Shown: positions 23,944-33,685 of the stretch, one piece after another
Layout: each line of letters starts with the position of its first letter
Numbering within the stretch: the first letter of the stretch is position 1
Position numbers and translations under genes: made by a program
Assembly (NCBI RefSeq): GCF_041910485.1
Contig: NZ_JAYRQR010000034.1
Coordinates: 9,113-73,112, forward strand
DNA: 64,000 nt
DNA from: Dongia sp.
GTDB taxonomy: Bacteria; Pseudomonadota; Alphaproteobacteria; Dongiales; Dongiaceae
Direction of reading: 5' to 3'
Notes under the pieces: model-generated
What the model saw: the letters and a program-made list of their open reading frames with translations, nothing else
Database searches by the model: none
What the model was told of the DNA's origin: nothing

Positions 23944-23974
23944 AGGCCCGCGTTTCCAGGAGGAACGCGGGCCT
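23944..23974 (-). terminator. intrinsic terminator between the convergent DUF934 and ompW genes (U-tract on the minus strand)
   Basis: Stem aggcccgcgtt / aacgcgggcct with a 9-nt loop. The minus strand is followed by TCTTTTTTG and the plus strand by tcttcattc. Confidence 0.75.
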
Positions 23975-23992
23975 TCTTCATTCGCCGGAAAT

Positions 23993-24658
23993 TTAGAACT
24001 TGTAGCCGATACCCATACCGAAGATCCAGGGATCGACATCGACATCCGCCTTGACGCCGCCATTGTTGATGTTGACATCGGTATCCAGGAACAGGCGCTT
24101 CACGTCGGCGTTGACGTACCAATGATCGTCCAGCCGATAATCGGCGCCGATCTGCAGGGCCCAGCCGATGCTGTTCTCGTAATCGACATCCTTGGCGATG
24201 CTGTTCTTGGCTTCATCGACGGCATAGAAGATCGTGTAGTTGATGCCGGCGCCGACATAGGGGCTGAAGCGCGACTTGGGGAAGAAGTGATACTGCGCCA
24301 ACAGGGTCGGCGGCAGCAGCCAGACGTCACCGAGATCGACATCGCCCGCAGAGGTGCCCTTCGCTGACACGTTGTGGTGCGTCGTCGAGGCAATCAGTTC
24401 GACCGCGATGTTGTCGGTGAAGAAGTAGGTGAAATCCACTTCCGGCATGCCGGTGTTGCTGAGCTCGGTATCGCCACCGATCGGGTCGATATCGGCATTG
24501 TCGCGCGGAATGACACCGATGCCACGCAAGCGGATCATAAAGTCGCCGGCGCTCTTGCCGGGCTCAGGGGCGATTTCCTCCTGGGCGGCGGCAATATCGG
24601 CGAAGAAGAGGCTACCCGCGACGGCGAGGCCAGCGAGCAAGAGGTTTTTCTTTTTCAT
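23993..24658 (-). CDS. ompW: OmpW-family outer-membrane protein
   Basis: 221 aa with a signal peptide MKKKNLLLAGLAVAGSLFFADIAAA and a C-terminal GMGIGYKF beta-barrel terminus. Confidence 0.85.
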   Translation of the reverse strand: MKKKNLLLAGLAVAGSLFFADIAAAQEEIAPEPGKSAGDFMIRLRGIGVIPRDNADIDPIGGDTELSNTGMPEVDFTYFFTDNIAVELIASTTHHNVSAKGTSAGDVDLGDVWLLPPTLLAQYHFFPKSRFSPYVGAGINYTIFYAVDEAKNSIAKDVDYENSIGWALQIGADYRLDDHWYVNADVKRLFLDTDVNINNGGVKADVDVDPWIFGMGIGYKF

Positions 24659-24729
24659 CTTTCATCATCCCCATGAAGTCGAAGTGAGCGCGGTAGACTC
24701 ACTACCAAGCTCATGGAGAAAATGCCCGA

Positions 24730-24749
24730 TATGTCAGCCATATGTCAGC
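24730..24749. promoter_or_regulatory. direct repeat TATGTCAGC x2 with 11-bp period upstream of ompW
   Basis: Copies at 24730-24738 and 24741-24749 are identical 9-mers. They lie 72-91 nt upstream of the ompW ATG at 24658. Confidence 0.4.
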
Positions 24750-24796
24750 TTGGCAGAATGCCGCGTGACAGGTTGGCACATTCGTATTTCTACGTA

Positions 24797-26236
24797 TTAG
24801 GGGAAGAGATTTCCGGTGCCGGCATCGCCTGTTTGGCCGCCGCCGAGAGTCTTATAGAGCGCTAGGGCACGCGCGCGGGCCTTGGCGTGATCGACGATCG
24901 GCAATGGATAGGTTTTTCCAAGGATAATGCCGGCTTTGGACAGTTCGGTCGACGGTGCGGTCGCTGGCGCGTGGATGAGAGTGCTTGGCAATTGCGCCAG
25001 TTCCGGCAGCCACTTCCGTACATAGGTTCCTTGCGGATCGAACTTTTCGCTCTGCGTCGTCGGGTTGAAGATTCTGAAATAGGGGGCGGCGTCCGCACCG
25101 CATCCTGCGACCCATTGCCAGTTGCCGGCATTCTGCGCGAGATCGGCATCGACCAACGTATCCCAGAACCATTTTTCGCCTTCACGCCAGTCGATCAGGA
25201 GGTCCTTGATCAGGAACGAAGCCGTGATCATGCGCACGCGGTTATGCATCCATCCCGTGGCAAAAAGCTCGCGCATTCCGGCGTCGACGATCGGGAACCC
25301 GGTCTGCCCGCGACACCAGGCCGTGAAGTCCGCCCCGGGGTTTTGGAAAGGGAAGCCATCGAACTGCCGGTTCCAATTGTCGACCGGCAGGCGCGGATAG
25401 TGATAGAGCAGATGGGAATTGAAATCGCGCCAGCCGAGTTCGCGTAGAAAGGCGTTTTGCGCCGTATCGCTGCCGCCGAGGCGCCGCCAGATCTCATGGA
25501 CGCTGATTTCGCCCCAGGCAAGATGCGGGCTGAGGCGCGACGTGCCATCGATTCCGGGCAGGTCGCGCTGTGCCGCGTAGGTCGCGACCTTCTGGGGCAA
25601 TGCGTCAAGGCGCACCAGCGCAGACGCTTCGCCCGGCTTCCAGTTGTCGTTCATGCCGGCGGCCCAAGTGGCAGCGACGGCAAAATCGGTGAGGTCGGCA
25701 GAAGAGGGCCAAGTCGCAGGTGCCGGCAATTTCGACGGCGTCGCGACGGGCTGGGGAGGGCGATAGCTTTCAGCCAGTCGCCGCCAGAAGGGTGTGAACA
25801 CCCGGAACGGGTCGCCTTTCAGCGTCTTCAGGGCCCAGGGCTCATGGAGACGATTGCCATTGCTTTCGATCACCTCGAGCCCGACCGACCGGAAATGGGT
25901 CACGATCTCGGCATCTGCGTTGAGACCGCGCGGCTCAAAGCGGCGATTGAAGCTCAGCCTCACCGCACCTGTCTCCCGCACGAGGTCAGTCAGCGCTGGC
26001 AAGGCCGGTCCCTGGCGCAGGATCAGGCGCGAGCCGATCCGTTGGAGCGATCGACCCAAGGCCTCAAGACTGCGCCCGCGCCACCAGCGCGCGGCACCGC
26101 CCAGCTTCGGCTCATCGTCGATGTAGATGGGAATGACCGGGCTGCCGGCAGCGATGGCCGCGCCAAGCGCCGGATTGTCGTGCAGGCGCAGGTCCCGGCG
26201 CAGCCAGAGGAGGGTGGGGGCGGTGGATTTGGGCAT
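24797..26236 (-). CDS. phrB: deoxyribodipyrimidine photolyase
   Basis: 479 aa with LLWLRRDLRLHDNPAL and the FAD-binding TGFPIVDAGMRELFATGWMHNRVRMI. Confidence 0.92.
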   Translation of the reverse strand: MPKSTAPTLLWLRRDLRLHDNPALGAAIAAGSPVIPIYIDDEPKLGGAARWWRGRSLEALGRSLQRIGSRLILRQGPALPALTDLVRETGAVRLSFNRRFEPRGLNADAEIVTHFRSVGLEVIESNGNRLHEPWALKTLKGDPFRVFTPFWRRLAESYRPPQPVATPSKLPAPATWPSSADLTDFAVAATWAAGMNDNWKPGEASALVRLDALPQKVATYAAQRDLPGIDGTSRLSPHLAWGEISVHEIWRRLGGSDTAQNAFLRELGWRDFNSHLLYHYPRLPVDNWNRQFDGFPFQNPGADFTAWCRGQTGFPIVDAGMRELFATGWMHNRVRMITASFLIKDLLIDWREGEKWFWDTLVDADLAQNAGNWQWVAGCGADAAPYFRIFNPTTQSEKFDPQGTYVRKWLPELAQLPSTLIHAPATAPSTELSKAGIILGKTYPLPIVDHAKARARALALYKTLGGGQTGDAGTGNLFP

Positions 26237-26355
26237 CGGTCTGCGCGTATATCTTGCTCTTGCCGGTACAAGCGGCCGATCCTGGAATCCTGGACCGGAA
26301 GCAAGGTCGAGATTAGGGTGCCGGAATCCGTTTTGCCATAGGTCAAAGGTCCACC

Positions 26356-27153
26356 ATGCCCAACGCGAATGCTCCGCTGGCCGTTATCTGCGCCATGGCG
26401 GAGGAAAAGGCCGCCTTGCGGGAGCATATGACCGCTATCGAGACACGCGATCTGCTCGGCCGGTCGGTGACGCTGGGGGCGCTCGAAGGTCACGACGTCG
26501 TCGTTGCCGAAAGCGGCGTGGGAAAGGTTGCCTCCGCTGTGACGGCAGCGTTGCTGGCGCGGGAATTCGGTTGCCGTGGCCTGGTGGTCAGTGGGGTAGC
26601 CGGGGGTCTCGACCCAAGTTTGCACATCGGCGATACCATCATCGCTCATTCCCTGGTGCAGCATGATTACGGTCATCTGCACGATGCGGCGCTGACGCCC
26701 TTCCGGCCGGGTGTGCCGCCGCTCGGCCCCAATCGAAAGGATATCGCCTTTGACCTTTCGCCCGAGATGGTCGAGCGGTTGCGCCGCGTGGCGGCAGCGA
26801 TCCAATTGCCGGACTTGCCGGGCGATATCGTGGCGCCAGAATCCCAAAGCGCGCATGACAGGCCGGAAGGATTGCCGCGCCGTGTGCTGATGGGGCGCAT
26901 TCTCTCCGGCGACCAGTTCATCAACAGCGAGGCGGCGCGGCGCCGGCTGCACCAGGAGTTCGAGGCCCAGGCGGTCGAGATGGAAGGTGCGGCGGTGGCG
27001 CAGGTCGGTGCCCTGCTGGGGTTGCCGGTCGTCGTGGTCCGTTGTCTCAGCGATCTGGCGGGCGCCGAGAGTCATCTGGATTTCCCGCGCTTTGTCGATG
27101 CGGTGGCCCCCGGCGCCGCCCTGGTGCTGCGCCACATTATCCGCGAGCTTTGA
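26356..27153 (+). CDS. mtnN: 5'-methylthioadenosine/S-adenosylhomocysteine nucleosidase-like (PNP/UDP family)
   Basis: 265 aa with AESGVGKVASA and EMEGAAVAQV. Confidence 0.8.
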   Translation: MPNANAPLAVICAMAEEKAALREHMTAIETRDLLGRSVTLGALEGHDVVVAESGVGKVASAVTAALLAREFGCRGLVVSGVAGGLDPSLHIGDTIIAHSLVQHDYGHLHDAALTPFRPGVPPLGPNRKDIAFDLSPEMVERLRRVAAAIQLPDLPGDIVAPESQSAHDRPEGLPRRVLMGRILSGDQFINSEAARRRLHQEFEAQAVEMEGAAVAQVGALLGLPVVVVRCLSDLAGAESHLDFPRFVDAVAPGAALVLRHIIREL

Positions 27154-27154
27154 C

Positions 27155-27379
27155 GTGCCTGGTGGGCCCGGACTTTTCGCCAGTGCGGCCATCTTTCTGA
27201 CGGCTTTGGCCTGCGGAATTGTCGCCAATCTGCAGATGCGCCGGCCCTATGAGCGCCGCATTCACGGTGTCCCGTGGTTTGCCATTCAGTTCGTTGCCGT
27301 CGTGATCTGTTTCACCTTGATCCTGCACATGGCCAGCCTCATCACCGGCCATGAGTTCAAGGGACGCGCGCCTTACTGA
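27155..27379 (+). CDS. possible small two-TM membrane protein
   Basis: A GTG at 27155 follows the mtnN TGA directly. Two hydrophobic spans: LFASAAIFLTALACGIV and FAIQFVAVVICFTLILHMASL. No family was recognised. Confidence 0.3.
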   Translation: MPGGPGLFASAAIFLTALACGIVANLQMRRPYERRIHGVPWFAIQFVAVVICFTLILHMASLITGHEFKGRAPY

Positions 27380-27834
27380 CCCAAGGCGGCACGCAGGCGT
27401 TCTGCCTCGGCACGGGCGGATGCTTCGTCGAACGGCTTTGGCGGGTTCACGCCCCAGATCGGCCGCGGCCAGGCCGGATCGCCGGTAAAGCGGGCTATGA
27501 TATGGATGTGCAGTTGCGGGACGGCATTGCCGAGTGCCGCGACGTTCAGCTTGTGGGCACTGGTCAGGTCGCGCAAGGCCGTGCTGGTGCGGGAAATCTC
27601 ACGCATCAAGGTCAGTTGGTCATCTTCGGACAGATCGATGATCTCCCGCAAGGCGTTCCGTCGCGGCACCAGAATCAGCCAGGGATAGGTTTGGTCGTTC
27701 ATCCGCAGGATGCGGCACAGCGGCCAATCCGCGACCAGGAAAGTGTCTGCTGACAATTGGGGGTGCAGCGTGAATGTGGCGTCGCTCACATTTGGTCTCC
27801 TCGGGCGGCGGATGATCAGTCTCGGCCTTGTCAC
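27373..27834 (-). CDS. HIT-family hydrolase
   Basis: 153 aa with the histidine triad PQLHIHIIAR. Confidence 0.8.
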   Translation of the reverse strand: MTRPRLIIRRPRRPNVSDATFTLHPQLSADTFLVADWPLCRILRMNDQTYPWLILVPRRNALREIIDLSEDDQLTLMREISRTSTALRDLTSAHKLNVAALGNAVPQLHIHIIARFTGDPAWPRPIWGVNPPKPFDEASARAEAERLRAALGQ

Positions 27835-27890
27835 CGAATCCGGAACTGGGGCAAGTTATCACGGATTTGGAGCCCGCAGGTGAAGCGCTC

Positions 27891-28781
27891 ATGAAACCCG
27901 TCCACATTGCCCTGGCGCTGCTGGTGGCAGCCCTCTGGGGCATCAATTTCGTTGCCATCAAGATCGGCCTCAAGGACTTCCCGCCTTTCTTGCTGTCCGC
28001 GCTGCGCTTCGTCGCCGTGGCCCTGCCCATGCTGTTCGTGGTCGGTCGCCCCTGTGTCAGCTGGAAGTGGATTCTGTCGATCGGCCTTGTCTTCGGAATC
28101 GTCAAATTCGGTCTGCTGTTTCTGGGCATGGATCTCGGCATGCCGGCCGGCCTCTCGTCGCTGGCGCTGCAGGCGCAGGCTTTGTTCACCGTGGTATTTG
28201 CGGCACTCCTGCTGGGTGAGCGGCTGCGCCCGACCCAGATGTTCGGCATCGGCCTCGCCGCCCTTGGTCTGGTGCTGATTGGCGTCGAGCGCGCCCAGGA
28301 AACGACATTGGTCGGTCTGGTGTTGGTTCTCGCCGCGGCCTGCGCCTGGGGCTATGCGAACATTCTGATGAAGCAGGCCAAGGCTCCCAACATGCTCAAC
28401 CTCATCGTCTGGGTGGCCGTCGTCCCGCCGCTGCCGATGCTGGCCTTGTCCTGGGCCTTCGAAGGATCCGATCGCATCGTTGCCACAATCGCCGGCCTCA
28501 ATTGGAGCGGCATTTTGGCGGTTCTCTACATCGCCTGGGCGTCGACGATCGTCGGTTTCTCGCTCTGGGTCTATCTGCTGCGGCTCTATTCCGCCAGTGT
28601 CGTGGCGCCATTCTCGCTGATGGTGCCGGTCTTCGGCATTGCCGCCTCGGCGCTCATTCTGGGTGAGGGGCTCTCTGTGCTGGAGATCGTTGCCGGAGCG
28701 CTGACTTTGGCCGGTCTGCTTTGCGTCGTGAAGGCGCCCAAACCATTGTCACAGGTTGCCAGCAATGCTGCTCGCTCTTAG
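27891..28781 (+). CDS. EamA/DMT-family transporter
   Basis: Trimmed to the ATG at 27891. Ten hydrophobic spans and two EamA-like halves. Confidence 0.8.
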   Translation: MKPVHIALALLVAALWGINFVAIKIGLKDFPPFLLSALRFVAVALPMLFVVGRPCVSWKWILSIGLVFGIVKFGLLFLGMDLGMPAGLSSLALQAQALFTVVFAALLLGERLRPTQMFGIGLAALGLVLIGVERAQETTLVGLVLVLAAACAWGYANILMKQAKAPNMLNLIVWVAVVPPLPMLALSWAFEGSDRIVATIAGLNWSGILAVLYIAWASTIVGFSLWVYLLRLYSASVVAPFSLMVPVFGIAASALILGEGLSVLEIVAGALTLAGLLCVVKAPKPLSQVASNAARS

Positions 28782-30039
28782 ACCCGTCGCCTCGCTTCTT
28801 TTCGGTGCCGGCCTCCTCGTTCTGGGGACCGGTCTCATCGGCATCCTGCTGCCGGTCCGGATGGGGATCGAGAAAGTCTCGGCCGATATTTCCGGCCTGG
28901 TCATGTCGGCCTATTACCTGGGGTTCATGCTGGGCAGCGTGCTGGGGCAAGGCATCATCCGGCGGGTCGGGCATATCCGCGCCTTCGCTGCTTTTGCCGC
29001 CTTGGCGACAGCGACCTCGCTGGTGCATGCGCTTTTCTTCGATGTGGCCCTTTGGGGTATCATGCGCGCGCTGACGGGCTTCTGTCTCGCCGCCCTCTAC
29101 GCCACGATCGAAAGCTGGCTGAACGTCAAGACCAGCAATGAGGGACGCGGGCAGGTTCTCTCGATCTATCTGGTGACGACCTATCTCGCGACCCTGGTCG
29201 GCCAGTTGCTGATCAACGCGCTCGAAATTGAAGGGCTCGGTCTTTTCTGCCTTGGCGCGCTGTTGATGTCGCTGTCGCTGGTTCCGGTGGTCCTCACCCG
29301 GGTCGCCGGCCCGGAACTTGCCAACGTCAAGCGCTTGGGGCTGCGCGTGCTCTATAAGGCGTCGCCCTTGGGCGTCGTGGCGACCTGGGGTGCCGGCATG
29401 CTGTCCGGTGCCTTCTACGCGCTCGGTGCCATCTATGCCGGCAGCCTCAATCTCGACGTCTTTCAGATATCGCTGTTCATGGGCGTGCCGATTTTCGGCG
29501 GCTTCGTCCTGCAATGGCCGATCGGCCGGCTGTCGGACCGGTACGACCGCCGTACCGTGCTGCTGGGCGTGCTGACCGTCTGTGTCGTCTCCAGCATGGT
29601 CCTCAGCTATTTCAGCTTCAGCGGCGCTGCGTTGACGCCCTTGCTGGTGGCCGTCGTTTTTCTGGGTGGTGCCTTGGCGACCATCTATCCGATCGCCGTC
29701 GCTCAGGCCTATGACTATGTCGACCGCGCCGACATGGTGAGCGCCTCTGGTGGGCTGCTGCTGGTCTGGGCCATTGGCGGTACGGTGGGGCCGTTGGTTG
29801 CGTCTTTCTTCATGGGACGGTTCGGGCCTTCGGCCCTGTTTGTCTATCTGACGGTGGTTGCCGGCGCGATTGCAGCCTTCACCCTCTACCGCATGCTGGC
29901 GCGCCAAGCGCGGCCGTCTGCCGAACAGACGAACTTCGTTTCCATGCAGACGACCTCGGCAATTGCCAACGCACTCGATCCGCGAACCGATCCGCTGCCG
30001 GAATTCTATTACAATGACGAGGATCCGGGCGACCGCTGA
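28765..30039 (+). CDS. MFS transporter
   Basis: About 424 aa with 12 predicted TM spans and RLSDRYDRR in the loop 2-3 position. Confidence 0.8.
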   Translation: MLLALRPVASLLFGAGLLVLGTGLIGILLPVRMGIEKVSADISGLVMSAYYLGFMLGSVLGQGIIRRVGHIRAFAAFAALATATSLVHALFFDVALWGIMRALTGFCLAALYATIESWLNVKTSNEGRGQVLSIYLVTTYLATLVGQLLINALEIEGLGLFCLGALLMSLSLVPVVLTRVAGPELANVKRLGLRVLYKASPLGVVATWGAGMLSGAFYALGAIYAGSLNLDVFQISLFMGVPIFGGFVLQWPIGRLSDRYDRRTVLLGVLTVCVVSSMVLSYFSFSGAALTPLLVAVVFLGGALATIYPIAVAQAYDYVDRADMVSASGGLLLVWAIGGTVGPLVASFFMGRFGPSALFVYLTVVAGAIAAFTLYRMLARQARPSAEQTNFVSMQTTSAIANALDPRTDPLPEFYYNDEDPGDR

Positions 30040-30058
30040 CGGCCGCCCGGATTTGATT

Positions 30059-31726
30059 TTACCGCTGCTGGGTCTGCCAGTTCGGATGCACCCAGACCGG
30101 CGCATTGGCGGGCGGCAGAGGCTCCTTGCCCAGGATCATGTCGCTGCACTTTTCCGCCATCATGATGGTCGGCGCGTTGAGATTGCCGCTGACGATCGAC
30201 GGCATGATCGAGGCATCGACCACGCGAAGGCCTTCAAGGCCATGCACACGCGCCTGAGGATCGACCACGGCCATTTCGTCCGTCCCCATCTTGCACGAAC
30301 ATGACGGATGATAGGCGCTGTCGCCGCGCCGCCGGATGAAGGCGTCGATTTCAGCATCCGTTTTCACCGCGTCGCCGGGATTGATTTCCGGGCCGCGGAA
30401 TTGATCGAAAGCCTTCTGCGCGAAGATCTCGCGCGTCAGCTTCACCGCATCGCGGAACTCGCGCCGGTCGTTCTCGGTTTGCAGATAGAAGGGCTGGATG
30501 CGCGGATGATCCTTCGGATTGCTCGATTTCAATTTGATCCAGCCACGCGCTTCCTGGCGCATATTGCCGATATGGACCTGATAGGCATGTGTCGTGCCGT
30601 TGACGCGGCCATGGTCGTTGACCGTCGACGGCAGGAAGTGGAATTGCAGGTTCGGATGTTCGATACCGGCCTTCGAGCGGATGAAGCCACCGGCCTCCAG
30701 CTGTGCTGAGGCGCAGACGCCCTGATGGTCCATGAACCAGCGCATGCCAGCGAGCGCCATCGGCACCGGCTTGGTATAGGTATAGAGGGTGATCGGCTTG
30801 GTGCATTGCTGCTGGATGTACATCTCCAGATGTTCCTGCAGGTTCTCGCCGACGCCCGGCAGATGGTGCTTCACCGAAACGCCCACCTCGCGCAGATGAT
30901 CAGCCGGCCCGATGCCGGACAGCATCAGCAATTGTGGGGAGTTGATGGCACCGCCCGCGCAGATGACTTCGCGTTCGGCCCGGTAGCGCTTGATCTGACC
31001 GTTCTGCTCGAACTCCACACCGACCGCGCGCTGGCCTTCCAGAATGATGCGGCTGGTGAGGGCGCGGGTTTCAACCGTGACATTCGTGCGCTTCTCGGCC
31101 GGTCGCAGGAAGGCTTGTGCTGCCGACCAGCGGCGGCCTTTCTTGATCGTCATGTCCATCCGGCCAAAGCCTTCCTGGCGATAGCCGTTCATATCCTCAG
31201 TATAGGCATAGCCGGCCTGCTGCGCCGCCTCGATGAATGCCTCGAACAAAGGGTTCTGCTGGTTGCCGGTATGGACGTTCAAGGGACCGTGGTCGCCATG
31301 ATAGGCGTCGCCGCCCTTTTCGCGGCTTTCGGCGCGTTTGAAATAGGGCAGGATCTCTTGGTACGACCAGCCGGGGCAGTTCTCCTTGAACGCCCAGCGG
31401 TCGTAATCGAGCGCATGGCCGCGGATATAGACCATCGCATTCAGTGACGAGGATCCACCCAGCACGCGCCCGCGCGGCCAGTACATGACGCGGTTGTCCA
31501 TATAGGGCTGCGGTTCGGTATGGTAGTACCAATTGTACCGGTCGTGGCACAGATTATACATCAGCGCCGCCGGCATATGAATCTGCCAGTTCCACCAATG
31601 GTCCTTGGGACCGGCTTCCAGCACGCAGACCTTGATGCTGCTGTCTGCGCTGAGGCGGTTGGTCAGCACGCAACCGGCCGAACCGGCGCCGACAATGACA
31701 TAATCGAAGGTCGCATCGAATTTCAT
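30059..31726 (-). CDS. betA: choline dehydrogenase (GMC oxidoreductase)
   Basis: 555 aa with DYVIVGAGSAGCVLTNRLS and GGSSSLNAMVYIRG. It sits next to betI. Confidence 0.88.
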   Translation of the reverse strand: MKFDATFDYVIVGAGSAGCVLTNRLSADSSIKVCVLEAGPKDHWWNWQIHMPAALMYNLCHDRYNWYYHTEPQPYMDNRVMYWPRGRVLGGSSSLNAMVYIRGHALDYDRWAFKENCPGWSYQEILPYFKRAESREKGGDAYHGDHGPLNVHTGNQQNPLFEAFIEAAQQAGYAYTEDMNGYRQEGFGRMDMTIKKGRRWSAAQAFLRPAEKRTNVTVETRALTSRIILEGQRAVGVEFEQNGQIKRYRAEREVICAGGAINSPQLLMLSGIGPADHLREVGVSVKHHLPGVGENLQEHLEMYIQQQCTKPITLYTYTKPVPMALAGMRWFMDHQGVCASAQLEAGGFIRSKAGIEHPNLQFHFLPSTVNDHGRVNGTTHAYQVHIGNMRQEARGWIKLKSSNPKDHPRIQPFYLQTENDRREFRDAVKLTREIFAQKAFDQFRGPEINPGDAVKTDAEIDAFIRRRGDSAYHPSCSCKMGTDEMAVVDPQARVHGLEGLRVVDASIMPSIVSGNLNAPTIMMAEKCSDMILGKEPLPPANAPVWVHPNWQTQQR

Positions 31727-31733
31727 GGGGCAA

Positions 31734-32318
31734 TCATCCGAGTTTCAAATCGAGTTTTGCATTGAGATAGTCGAGCACCATCTGCCGCGCGGTACGCGGG
31801 TCCGGTCCTTCTTTGGAAAGAGCGGCGCGCAGCCACAAGCCATCGATGAGGGCAGCGGTCACGCGAGCAATGCCGTCGGCGTCCCGGCGTCCCATCATCT
31901 TCAGGGCATGCACCAGATTGTCGTGAAGACGCGAGATGATGATCTTCTGGACCCGGGCCAGCCGGTCGTTCTTCGGCACCTGCGCCCAGAATGCGAGCCA
32001 GGCGGAAACGCCTTCCGGCGAAAACTGATCGGGCGCGAGGTTGCCGTCGATGATCGCCAGCAGCCGTTCGACCGGCGAACTAGCCTGCTCCAGCCGCATG
32101 ACCACGGCGTCCCGCAAGCGGTCGCCGAGCTGGCGCAGTGTCGCCTCCAAGAGGTCGGCCTTGTTGCTGAAATAGTGATGCACGATGCCGGTCGAGACGC
32201 CGGCGCGGGCGGAAATGCGGGAGAGGCTGGAATCGGCAAAGCCGAGCTCGTGGATCGACGCGATGGTCGCATCGATCAACTGCCGGCGCCTGATTTCCTC
32301 CATGCCGACTTTCGGCAT
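31734..32318 (-). CDS. betI: TetR-family repressor BetI
   Basis: Trimmed to the ATG at 32318 (MPKVGMEEIRRRQLIDAT...). HTH ISARAGVSTGIVHHYFSNK. Confidence 0.85.
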   Translation of the reverse strand: MPKVGMEEIRRRQLIDATIASIHELGFADSSLSRISARAGVSTGIVHHYFSNKADLLEATLRQLGDRLRDAVVMRLEQASSPVERLLAIIDGNLAPDQFSPEGVSAWLAFWAQVPKNDRLARVQKIIISRLHDNLVHALKMMGRRDADGIARVTAALIDGLWLRAALSKEGPDPRTARQMVLDYLNAKLDLKLG

Positions 32319-32474
32319 CCTTACTCCTCGCGGAACTTTGATCTGGCTCCCACTTGCCGCCGGGAGCGGCCCGCCGCACACTTCCCGCAGCCTTTCCGGG
32401 GCCGAAAAGGGTGAAGATTGGAGCCTTTTCGGGTCGGATCCGGCAGGGTGGGCGAGGCATCCTGATGGTTTTAT

Positions 32475-32488
32475 ATTGGACGATCAAT
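32475..32488. promoter_or_regulatory. candidate BetI operator ATTGGACGATCAAT
   Basis: An imperfect palindrome (ATTGgaC/GatCAAT) in the betI-choX divergent region. It resembles the TTGAACGTCCAA-type BetI boxes I remember, but this is unverified. Confidence 0.4.
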
Positions 32489-32641
32489 CAAAAAAAACCG
32501 TGGGATTTGCCGCCGCTCGACGATAATATGGCGTCCTGGCGAAACTTTTTTGCCAATTTGCCCCTAACTTTGAAGTCGCCCACAAGCAATCGACAACAAG
32601 CGGGGCAGCACGGGATGGCAACGGAAATGGGAGATAAATCA

Positions 32642-33580
32642 ATGTTGATGCGTAAACTGCTCGCCGCTTCGGCGATGTCGCTGGTTCTCGGCGTCGCGGC
32701 CAATGCGGCGGTGGCGGCCGAGCCGGATTCCTGCAAGACCATCCGCATGGCGGATGTGGGCTGGACCGACAACACCGCGCAGAACGGCCTGCTGAAGAAC
32801 GTCGTGAAGCCGCTCGGCTACGAAGTCAAAGAAGACGTCCTTGGCCTGCCGATCATCCTGGAAGGTCTGAAGAACAAGGATCTCGACTTCTTCCTCGACA
32901 ATTGGATGCCGTCGAACGCCGCCAACGTGCAGCCCTATCTCGACGAGAAGTCGATCGATTCACTGCAGCCGAACCTGGTCGGCGCCGGCTATGGCCCGGT
33001 TGTCCCGCAATACGTCGCTGATGCCGGCGTGAAGAGCCTCGCGGACCTCGCCGCCAACACCGACAAGTTCGAAGGCAAGTTCTACGGCATCGAGCCGGGC
33101 AATGACGGCAACAAGATCGTCCAGGCCAAGATCGACGATCCGGCCAACAAGCTCGACGGTTGGGAACTGGTGGAATCCTCGGAACAGGGCATGCTCGTTC
33201 AGGCCGAAAAGGCCATCAAGAACAACGAGTGGATTGTGTTCCTGGGCTGGGCTCCGCACCCGGTCATGGGCAAGATGCCGCTTTACTACCTCTCGGGCTT
33301 CGAGGCTGACGGTTTCGGCGAAGCCAAGATCAACGCGCTGACGCGTCCGGGTTACACCACGGATTGCGCCAACATGGGCAAGCTGCTGGCGAACCTGAAG
33401 TTCGAGCTCAACATGGAATCGGCCGTTATGGAAACGATCCTGGCGGGCAAGGACGGTGAGACGGCAGCGGCCGAATGGCTGAAGGCCAACCCGGCCGTGC
33501 TCGATACCTGGCTCGCCGGTGTCACGACCTTCGACGGTCAGGACGGCGCTGCGGCGGTGAAGAAGGCCCTCGGCCTCTAA
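32642..33580 (+). CDS. choX: choline/glycine-betaine ABC transporter substrate-binding protein
   Basis: Trimmed to the ATG at 32642 with a signal peptide MLMRKLLAASAMSLVLGVAANAAVA. OpuAC-type fold with ADVGWTDN. Confidence 0.82.
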   Translation: MLMRKLLAASAMSLVLGVAANAAVAAEPDSCKTIRMADVGWTDNTAQNGLLKNVVKPLGYEVKEDVLGLPIILEGLKNKDLDFFLDNWMPSNAANVQPYLDEKSIDSLQPNLVGAGYGPVVPQYVADAGVKSLADLAANTDKFEGKFYGIEPGNDGNKIVQAKIDDPANKLDGWELVESSEQGMLVQAEKAIKNNEWIVFLGWAPHPVMGKMPLYYLSGFEADGFGEAKINALTRPGYTTDCANMGKLLANLKFELNMESAVMETILAGKDGETAAAEWLKANPAVLDTWLAGVTTFDGQDGAAAVKKALGL

Positions 33581-33599
33581 TCCGACCACTGTGATATGA

Positions 33600-33641
33600 G
33601 CGGCCTTGGCCAAGGTGAGCCTTGCCAAGGCCGCTTTTCTT
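33600..33641 (+). terminator. strong hairpin plus T-tract between choX and choW (intra-operon attenuator/terminator)
   Basis: gcggccttggc (33600-33610) pairs with gccaaggccgc (33624-33634) over 11 bp. Four more bp form inside the loop, and TTTTCTTC follows. Confidence 0.65.
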
Positions 33642-33685
33642 CATAAAGCTCGACATTCATCGCCGCACATCGCTGGGGGCAGGGC

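Noticed and set aside
24763-24785. A sigma54-like TGGCAC element (gTTGGCACattcgTATTT) upstream of ompW.
   Set aside because: The -12 element is TATT rather than TTGC. The orientation also points into the 3' end of phrB, not toward any gene.
28654-30105. A 483-aa minus-strand ORF.
   Set aside because: It is antisense to the MFS transporter. Its translation is Arg/Gly/Gln/His-rich with no hydrophobic core or motifs.
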